Source: Planctomycetota bacterium
Lineage (GTDB): Bacteria > Planctomycetota > UBA1135 > UBA2386
Assembly: GCA_046290465.1 (NCBI GenBank)
Contig: JBKAGP010000001.1
Coordinates: forward strand, 4,544,001 to 4,608,000
Direction: 5' to 3'
Length of the DNA stretch: 64,000 bases
A program made the translations under genes and the position numbers. Shown one piece after another: positions 57,738 through 64,000 of this stretch. The notes below the pieces were generated by a model that was not told the DNA's origin, made no database searches, and saw nothing but the letters and a program-made list of their open reading frames with translations. Each line of letters begins with the position of its first letter. Position 1 is the stretch's first letter.

Positions 57738-58720
57738 GCGTTTGCCTCCGCAAGTTCGCAGTCGAACGCCGCCTGCGCGATCTGCAGGCCGTTGGCGACG
57801 ACGATGTCCGAGGGGACCTCCTGGCCGATGCACAGGTGCGACAGCGCCAGGCCCTGTTCGACGACGGTGGCGAGCGCCTCACCCGGCGCGACCGTCTCGT
57901 CCCACTTGGTCAGGCACACCGCGTCGATGCCGATCGACTCGTAGGCGTCGAGCACGACCCGGGCGTCCCGCTGGCGCGTGCCGGCGGCCATGCAGAGCAG
58001 CGAGTGGGCGCCGGCGGCGCGCAGCGTGCTCTCGAGCATCGGCAGGCTCTCGCGGCTGCGCGGGCTCTTGCCGGTGGTGTCGATGAAGATGCGGTCGGCG
58101 TAGAGGTTGTCCTCGATCGCGCGGCGCACGTCGTTGGCCGACAGCGCCACCGAGAACGGCACGTCGAGCAGTTCGGCGAACGAGCGCAGCTGCTCGACGG
58201 CGGCCATCCGGTAGGTGTCGAGCGTGATGATCGCGACCCGTTCGCCGCGGTCCTTGGCGCGCGCGGCGAGCTTGGCGAGGGTCGTGGTCTTGCCGACGCC
58301 GGTGGGACCGATCAGCGCGATCGTCTGGAAGCCGTCACCGCTCTCGACGCGGGGCTCGTGGTGCACGAGGGCGGCGAGCACGCGGCTGGCGAGGTTCGGC
58401 AGCGCCGGGTCGCCGGGTTGCGACAGTTCGACGCGCGTGCCGAGCAGGGCACGTTCGACCGCCTGCAGGATCGGCTTCGACAGGCCGAAGTCGCTGGCCT
58501 TCTCGGCGAGCGGTCGGAAGCCGCGCGTCCACTTCGACAAGAACGACGTCGAGCCGGCCTGGTCGCGGCGGGTGGGCTGCGGTTCGGGCTTGCTGGCGAC
58601 GACCAGGTAGCCGTCCCGCGTGGGCCGCGTCTCGACGACGAGCGCGTCGGCGCCGCACTCGGTGCGCACGCGCTCGATCGCCTCGGGGAGCGTCTTCGCT
58701 TCGATTCGCTTCAACAACAT
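57734..58720 (-). CDS. flhF: Flagellar SRP-type GTPase FlhF
   Basis: GPTGVGKTTTLAKLAA, DTYRMAAVEQL, DTTG, TKWDET, GQEVPSDI. Confidence 0.92.
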   Translation of the reverse strand: MLLKRIEAKTLPEAIERVRTECGADALVVETRPTRDGYLVVASKPEPQPTRRDQAGSTSFLSKWTRGFRPLAEKASDFGLSKPILQAVERALLGTRVELSQPGDPALPNLASRVLAALVHHEPRVESGDGFQTIALIGPTGVGKTTTLAKLAARAKDRGERVAIITLDTYRMAAVEQLRSFAELLDVPFSVALSANDVRRAIEDNLYADRIFIDTTGKSPRSRESLPMLESTLRAAGAHSLLCMAAGTRQRDARVVLDAYESIGIDAVCLTKWDETVAPGEALATVVEQGLALSHLCIGQEVPSDIVVANGLQIAQAAFDCELAEANA

Positions 58721-58747
58721 GGTGGGGTTCCGTCAGGGGTATGGGGT

Positions 58748-60799
58748 TCAGCTGGCGACGAGCACGCGTTCGGTCGTCTCGACCTTCTTCGCGACGGACG
58801 TCTCCTGGTAGCTCAGGACCGCGGCGTTCGGGATCACGCCCGAGACGGCTTCGGCGAGGAACGGGCGCAGGCTGGCGCGGGTGACCAGCACCGGGTCGCG
58901 GCCGTCGCGCGCCATCGACGACAGCGCTTCCGCGGTGCTGTCGACGAACTTGCCGAGGAAGCCCTGCGGCAGGTTGCCGACGCCGTCGTTGCCGGACAGC
59001 GCGTCCGACAGGTTGCGCTCGAGGTCCGGATCGAGGAACACCGCGTGCAGCGTGCCGGTCGGGTCCAGGTGCGGCTCGCAGATGGTTCGCGCCAGGCGCG
59101 TGCGCACGTGCTCGGTCAGCTGGCGCGGGTCCTTGGTCTCGACCGACGCGTCGGCGAGGCCTTCGAGGATCGTCTGCAGGTTGCGGATCGGCACGCCCTC
59201 CTTGAGCAGGCCGGCGAGGATGCGCTGCACCTGGCCGAGCGACAGCTGGTTGGGGATCAGCTCCTCGACGACCGCCGGTGCCTGCTCCTTGAGGTTGTCG
59301 ACCAGCGACTTGACGTCGTCGCGCGACAGCAGGTCGCCGGCTTCGCGCTTGAGGGTCTCGGTCAGGTGCGTGATCAGCACCGACGCTGCGTCGATCACCG
59401 TGTAGCCGAGCAGTTCGGCCCGGTCCTTGTCGCTCTCCTGGATCCAGCGCGCCGGCAGGCCGAACGCGGGCTCGACCGTCTCGATGCCGTCGATCGGCGG
59501 CGCCGAGCCGCTCGGGTCCATCGCCAGGTATTGGCCGGCGCGCAGCTCGCCGGACGCGATCTCCTGGCCGCCGAGCAGCACGCGGTAGACGTTGGGTTCG
59601 AGCTGCACGTTGTCGCGCACGCGGATCGGCGGCACCACGATGCCCAGCGTCTGCGCGAACTGGCGCCGCAGCGAACGGATGTGGTCGAGCAGGCCGCCGT
59701 GCTTGCCGGGTTCGACCAGGCCGATCAGGCGGTAGCCGATCTCGATGCCGAGGCGGTCGATCGCGAGCAGTTCTTCGACCGGGGCGTCGTTGGGATCCGG
59801 GGCCTCCTCGGCCGCCTTGGCCTCGGCCTCCTGCTGCTGCTCGGCCTCCTCGGCGGCCTTGTCGGCGTTGCCCGCGTAGAGGAACAGCGCCGACGCGATG
59901 CCGACGAACAGCAGCGTCGGCATGCCGGGCAGCAGCGACATCAGCACCAGGATGCCGGCGACGATGCGCACCGTCAGGCCGCTCTTGAACACCTGGCTGC
60001 CCATCTCTTCGCCGAGCGCCTGCTCACTGGCGCCCTTGGTCACCAGGATGCCGGCCGAGGTCGATACCAGCAGGGCCGGGATCTGCGCGACCAGGCCGTC
60101 ACCGATCGTCAGGATGGTGTACTTCTCGAACGCTTGGTCGAGCGTCAGGTTGCCGTAGACCATCGCCAGCACCAGGCCGCCCGCGATGTTGATGCCGGTG
60201 ATGATCAGGCCGGCGACGGCGTCGCCGCGCACGAACTTGCCGGCACCGTCCATCGACCCGTGAAACTCCATCTCGTGGGTCAGGGCGGCGCGGCGCTTCT
60301 TGGCCTCGTCGCTGCTGATCAGGCCGGCCGACAGGTCGGCGTCGATCGACATCTGCTTGCCGGGCAGCGAATCGAGCGCGAACCTCGCGGCGACCTCACT
60401 GATGCGGTTCTGGCCCTTGGTGATCACGATGAACTGGATCACCACCAGGACCAGGAAGATCACGATGCCGACCACCGGGTTGCCGCCGACGACGAACGAG
60501 CCGAACGTGCGGATGACGCTGCCGGCGTCGCCTTCGAGCAGGATCAGTCGCGTCGACGACACGTTGAGCGCGAGCCGGAACAGCGCGGTGAACAGCAGCA
60601 CGCTCGGGAACGTGCTGAACTCGACCGGCCGGTTGCTGTTGAGCACCGCCATCAGGATCAGCAGGCTGACCGTGATGTTGATGCACAACATCGCGTCGAG
60701 CATCAGCGGCGGCATCGGGATCAACATCACCGCCAGGATGGCGAGGAAGAAGACCGCCAGCAGGCTGTTGCGTTGCTCCTTGTTGTGCTTGTCGGACAT
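58748..60799 (-). CDS. flhA: Flagellar export gate protein FlhA
   Basis: FSTFPSVLL, LALNVSSTRLIL, EVAARFALDSLPGKQMSIDADL, GSMDGAGKFVRGDA, IGDGLVAQIPALL. Confidence 0.96.
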   Translation of the reverse strand: MSDKHNKEQRNSLLAVFFLAILAVMLIPMPPLMLDAMLCINITVSLLILMAVLNSNRPVEFSTFPSVLLFTALFRLALNVSSTRLILLEGDAGSVIRTFGSFVVGGNPVVGIVIFLVLVVIQFIVITKGQNRISEVAARFALDSLPGKQMSIDADLSAGLISSDEAKKRRAALTHEMEFHGSMDGAGKFVRGDAVAGLIITGINIAGGLVLAMVYGNLTLDQAFEKYTILTIGDGLVAQIPALLVSTSAGILVTKGASEQALGEEMGSQVFKSGLTVRIVAGILVLMSLLPGMPTLLFVGIASALFLYAGNADKAAEEAEQQQEAEAKAAEEAPDPNDAPVEELLAIDRLGIEIGYRLIGLVEPGKHGGLLDHIRSLRRQFAQTLGIVVPPIRVRDNVQLEPNVYRVLLGGQEIASGELRAGQYLAMDPSGSAPPIDGIETVEPAFGLPARWIQESDKDRAELLGYTVIDAASVLITHLTETLKREAGDLLSRDDVKSLVDNLKEQAPAVVEELIPNQLSLGQVQRILAGLLKEGVPIRNLQTILEGLADASVETKDPRQLTEHVRTRLARTICEPHLDPTGTLHAVFLDPDLERNLSDALSGNDGVGNLPQGFLGKFVDSTAEALSSMARDGRDPVLVTRASLRPFLAEAVSGVIPNAAVLSYQETSVAKKVETTERVLVAS

Positions 60800-60813
60800 C
60801 GTCGTCTAGTGCA

Positions 60814-61890
60814 TCAGGCCGTCTGGCCCTTGAGTCGGTAGACGTGGCCGAGCACCGTCGCCACGGCCTGGTAGAACTTCTCGGGGACCGCCTGGCCGAC
60901 CTTCACCGCGCGGTAGATCGCGCGGGTCAGCGGCGGGTCCTCCATCAGCGGCACGTCGTTCTCGCGCGCGATCTTGCGGATCTGCATCGCGACGTCGTCG
61001 ACGCCCTTGGCGACGACCATCGGCGCGGAGTCCTTGTTACGGTCGTAGCGTAGCGCCACCGAGTAGTGGGTCGGGTTGGTCAGGATCACGTCGGCGCGCG
61101 GGACCTCGGCCATCATGCGCTGCTGCAGCAGCTCGTTGCGCGCGCCCTTCTGGCGGGCCTTCATGGTGGGGTCACCCTCGGCCCGCTTGCGCTCGTCCTC
61201 GACCTCCTGCTTGGTCATCATGTTGCGCTTGGTGAACGAGTAGCGCTGGTAGGCGAAGTCGGCGAGCGCGATCGCGGTCACCACCGCACCGACCCACAGC
61301 AAGAGCGTCAGCGTCAGGCTGCCGATCTCGGCGGCGGCCGTGCCGAACGGCTGCTCGTGCAGGCGCAGCAGCACCGGCAGGCGGTCGCCGAGCACGAAGT
61401 AGAGCACCGTGATGATGATCGACAGCTTGAACACCGCGAACACCGTGCGCATCAGCGACTGCGGGCTGAACACGCGCTTCATGTTGGTGAACGGGTTGAG
61501 CTTCTCCGGCTTGAAGCCGACCACGTCGCTGCTGATCTTGACGCCGATCTGGCTGTAGCCGATCAGCGCCGTCGCCACTACCAGCACCGTCAGCAGCGTC
61601 GCGAACGGCGGCAGGATGGTCGTGAACGCGTTCCACAGCTCGGCCATCGCGCCGTCCGGCTCGCCGATGCGTCGCTGCGACAGGTCGAGCGTCATGCCGG
61701 TGCGCATCACCGTGCTCAGCGCGCCGACCAGCCAGTCGCCGATCCACAGCAGCATGATCGCGGCCAGGAACAGCACGCCACCCTGCGTCAGCTCCTTGCT
61801 GTGCGGGGTGTCGCCCTTCTTGCGGACGTCGGCCAGCTTGCCGGGCGTCGGCTTCTCGGTCTTGCCGTTGTCGTCTCCGAACAGCGCCAT
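60814..61890 (-). CDS. flhB: Flagellar export switch protein FlhB
   Basis: KTEKPT, MTKQEVEDE.K..EGDP, NPTH autocleavage motif, APMVVAKG. Confidence 0.96.
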   Translation of the reverse strand: MALFGDDNGKTEKPTPGKLADVRKKGDTPHSKELTQGGVLFLAAIMLLWIGDWLVGALSTVMRTGMTLDLSQRRIGEPDGAMAELWNAFTTILPPFATLLTVLVVATALIGYSQIGVKISSDVVGFKPEKLNPFTNMKRVFSPQSLMRTVFAVFKLSIIITVLYFVLGDRLPVLLRLHEQPFGTAAAEIGSLTLTLLLWVGAVVTAIALADFAYQRYSFTKRNMMTKQEVEDERKRAEGDPTMKARQKGARNELLQQRMMAEVPRADVILTNPTHYSVALRYDRNKDSAPMVVAKGVDDVAMQIRKIARENDVPLMEDPPLTRAIYRAVKVGQAVPEKFYQAVATVLGHVYRLKGQTA

Positions 61891-61893
61891 GGC

Positions 61894-62661
61894 CTACCCC
61901 GGGAACATCGCGACAGCCTGTTCGAGGATGCCGTTGAAGGTCTGGATCAGGAACGGCGCGCCCTCGACGAGGAACAGCGCCAGGCCGGCGAGCGCCAGCA
62001 GGATGCGCAGCGCGAACGCGAACTCCATCAGGTTGATGGCCGGGACCGCGCGGCCGAGCAGCACCAGGCCGGCCGAGATCAGCATCATCGTGCCCATGAT
62101 CGGGAACGAGTACTGCAGCGCGAGCTGCACGCTGCCGCCGACCAGCGTGACGATGCCGTTCCAGATCGGCAGGATGTCGAACGGCTCGCCGATCGGGCAG
62201 GCGCGGAACGTGTGTTCCATGATGCGCAGCGCCTCGTGGTGGATGTCGAGGCTCAGGATCAACAGGAAGCCGACGACCTGCAGCAGCTGCGAGATGACCG
62301 TGCCGTTGACGCCGCTCTCCGGGTTGATCGTGCGCGCCATCGAGAAGCCCATCTCGTGGCTCAGGAACTCGCCGGCGCTGACCAGCATCGACGTCATCGT
62401 CGACAGCGCGAAACCGAGCGCGAGACCGATCACGCCCTCGCGCACACCCATCACGGCGAGCTCGAGCAGGTGCGTCGGGGTGTCGACGCGCTGGTCGCCG
62501 ACCCACCAGAAGATCGCCGCCATCGCGGTCGACAGCGCCAGGCGCAGCACCAGCGAGTCCCGCTGCTTGCCGAACAACGGCAGCACGGCCAGGAACGTCG
62601 CCACCCGCACGAAGTGCAGGAACAGCGCCGTCACATAGTCCTGGAGCAGCGAGAGGTCCAT
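61894..62661 (-). CDS. fliR: Flagellar export protein FliR
   Basis: Hydrophobic; EGVIGLALGF, AGEFLSHEMGFSMA..INP, GRAVPAINL; located between fliQ and flhB. Confidence 0.92.
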   Translation of the reverse strand: MDLSLLQDYVTALFLHFVRVATFLAVLPLFGKQRDSLVLRLALSTAMAAIFWWVGDQRVDTPTHLLELAVMGVREGVIGLALGFALSTMTSMLVSAGEFLSHEMGFSMARTINPESGVNGTVISQLLQVVGFLLILSLDIHHEALRIMEHTFRACPIGEPFDILPIWNGIVTLVGGSVQLALQYSFPIMGTMMLISAGLVLLGRAVPAINLMEFAFALRILLALAGLALFLVEGAPFLIQTFNGILEQAVAMFPG

Positions 62662-62681
62662 CGTGGTCGGGTCCGTTCGGT

Positions 62682-62957
62682 TCAGCCGGCCTTGCCGAAC
62701 TCCGCCAGGCTCGAGAACAGCGCCGACGTGTATTCGTGCAGCGTGCCGAGGATCCACGGCATCAGCAGCACGATCGTGGTCAGCACCGCGAGCATCTTGG
62801 GGACGATCGTCAGGGTCTGTTCTTGCAGGCTGGTGACCGTCTGGAACAGGCTGATCAGCAGGCCGACGCACATGCCCACCAGCAGCGCCGGTGCGCAGAT
62901 CATCAGGGCCGTCATCAGCGTGGACTTGGCCAGATCGAGCATGAATTCGTGTCCCAT
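62682..62957 (-). CDS. fliQ: Flagellar export protein FliQ
   Basis: GLLISLFQTVTSLQEQTLTIVPK; AGGAG RBS. Confidence 0.95.
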   Translation of the reverse strand: MGHEFMLDLAKSTLMTALMICAPALLVGMCVGLLISLFQTVTSLQEQTLTIVPKMLAVLTTIVLLMPWILGTLHEYTSALFSSLAEFGKAG

Positions 62958-62965
62958 GGCGTCTC

Positions 62966-63814
62966 CTAGGTGGTTGCGAAGCTCTGCGCGAGCGACATGA
63001 CGACGAGGTCCCAGCCGCCGACCAGGATGAACAGCAGCAGCTTGAGCGGCGTCGAGATGACGACCGGGGGCAGGCTGAACATGCCCATCGAGACCAGGAT
63101 CGAACTGATCACCAGGTCGATCACGACGAAGGGCAGGAACAGCACGAAGCCCATCTGGAAGGCGGTCTTGATCTCCGACAGCACGAACGCCGGCACCGTG
63201 ATGTGGAACGGCGTGTCGAGCGCGGTCGCCGGTCGCGGCTCGTGCGCCAGGTCGAGGATCAGCGCGACGTCGGCTTCGCGCGTCTGCGCGAGCATGAAGC
63301 GGTTGAGGCGGTCGGTGGCGACGCCGGCGGCCTCCTGCCAGGTGATCTGGTCCTCGACGTACGGCGTGTAGGCGTTGTCGTAGATGTCCGTCGCGACCGG
63401 CTTCATGATGAAGATGGTCATGAACAGCGCGAAGCCGGTCGTGATCATCGCCGGCGGCAGGTCCTGCATCGACATCGCCCGCTTCAAGAACGACAGCACC
63501 ACGACGATGCGCGTGAAGCACGTCATCGTCATGACCAGCGCCGGCGCCATCGCCAGCAGCGTCATCAACAGCACGATCTCGAGCGCCGTGCCGAGCTTGG
63601 CTTCGCCCTCACCGGTGTTGAACTGCAGCGAGAACCCGGGCCCCTGCGGCGCCGGGTTGGTCGGCGCGCCCGGGTCCGGGATCGGGGTGGTGATCGTCTC
63701 GCTGTGGGCGTCGGGGTTCTGCGCGCCCGTGGGGCCCTGGGCGCGCAGCGGTGCCGCGACCGTGACCAGCACGATCAGCAGCGCCCGCAGGACGTTGGCG
63801 ACGAGCGGGCGCAT
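62966..63814 (-). CDS. fliP: Flagellar export protein FliP
   Basis: MTCFTRIVVVLSFLKRAM, PAFVLSEIKTAFQMGF, FLPFVVIDLV, MGMFSLPP..STPLKLLLFILVGGW. Confidence 0.96.
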   Translation of the reverse strand: MRPLVANVLRALLIVLVTVAAPLRAQGPTGAQNPDAHSETITTPIPDPGAPTNPAPQGPGFSLQFNTGEGEAKLGTALEIVLLMTLLAMAPALVMTMTCFTRIVVVLSFLKRAMSMQDLPPAMITTGFALFMTIFIMKPVATDIYDNAYTPYVEDQITWQEAAGVATDRLNRFMLAQTREADVALILDLAHEPRPATALDTPFHITVPAFVLSEIKTAFQMGFVLFLPFVVIDLVISSILVSMGMFSLPPVVISTPLKLLLFILVGGWDLVVMSLAQSFATT

Positions 63815-63999
63815 CAGTTCGCCGCCTTCTCGAGCAGGGCGCGGAAGTCGTTGAGCTTGGCGATCGCGACGTCGGCCTTGCTCGGCTGCTGAGCCTGCGC
63901 CTGCGCCTTCGGCTGCGTCGTGCGCTTGCGGGTGGCCGGTTGCTCGGGACGCGGGATCAGCAGGTTCTTCGGCGTGGCCCCTTCGTCGTCGTCGTCGTC
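63814..63999 (-). CDS. C-terminus of the gene upstream of fliP, truncated by the window edge; FliO expected by position
   Basis: Open frame DDDDDEGATPKNLL..KLNDFRALLEKAAN*, whose stop overlaps the fliP ATG. Identity inferred from gene order only. Confidence 0.5.
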   Translation of the reverse strand, partial: DDDDDEGATPKNLLIPRPEQPATRKRTTQPKAQAQAQQPSKADVAIAKLNDFRALLEKAAN

Positions 64000-64000
64000 G

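Noticed and set aside
56865..63999. Export apparatus as a non-flagellar type III secretion system
   Set aside because: Linkage with flhF, flhG and fliA marks it as flagellar.

Overview
High-GC bacterial chromosomal window (about 70% GC by eye, not computed). The gene families suggest Planctomycetota, which is an inference: a type I sulfatase, a prenyltransferase/squalene-oxidase-repeat protein, several membrane-anchored carboxypeptidase-regulatory-like proteins, FG-GAP proteins and an ECF sigma pair. Confidently recognisable genes: an MFS transporter, sulfatase, DNA2/UPF1-type SF1 helicase, acetyl-CoA hydrolase/transferase, ligA, the hpnCDE squalene operon, a TIGR01777 oxidoreductase, an S8 peptidase with three MAM domains, an ABC/PDZ/FG-GAP operon, an aminotransferase plus PIG-L deacetylase, ECF sigma plus an LRR membrane partner, an NADH:flavin oxidoreductase, and the flagellar export/regulatory block fliP-fliQ-fliR-flhB-flhA-flhF-flhG-fliA. 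I found no tRNA, rRNA, CRISPR array, integrase or transposase. The most unusual signals are six. (1) A family of GTGG-footed REP-like palindromes at five loci; two identical 46-bp copies bracket an apparently promoterless, compositionally foreign GT-C glycosyltransferase gene like a gene cassette. (2) A tandem set of stand-alone secretin N0/N1-like proteins that end in a coiled coil instead of the secretin barrel, plus a third copy reduced to signal peptide and coiled coil. (3) A phage-type DUF669 protein with a bacterial SSB C-terminal tail (DEIPF), upstream of ligA. (4) A candidate nucleoid-bridging protein with a duplicated helical domain. (5) An opposite-strand island inserted between flhG and fliA. 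(6) Unknown small genes and lipoproteins continuing the fliA operon. Three apparent frameshifts can each be repaired by adding one G to a G run, which suggests sequencing error. All domain assignments come from motif recognition by eye, not database searches.
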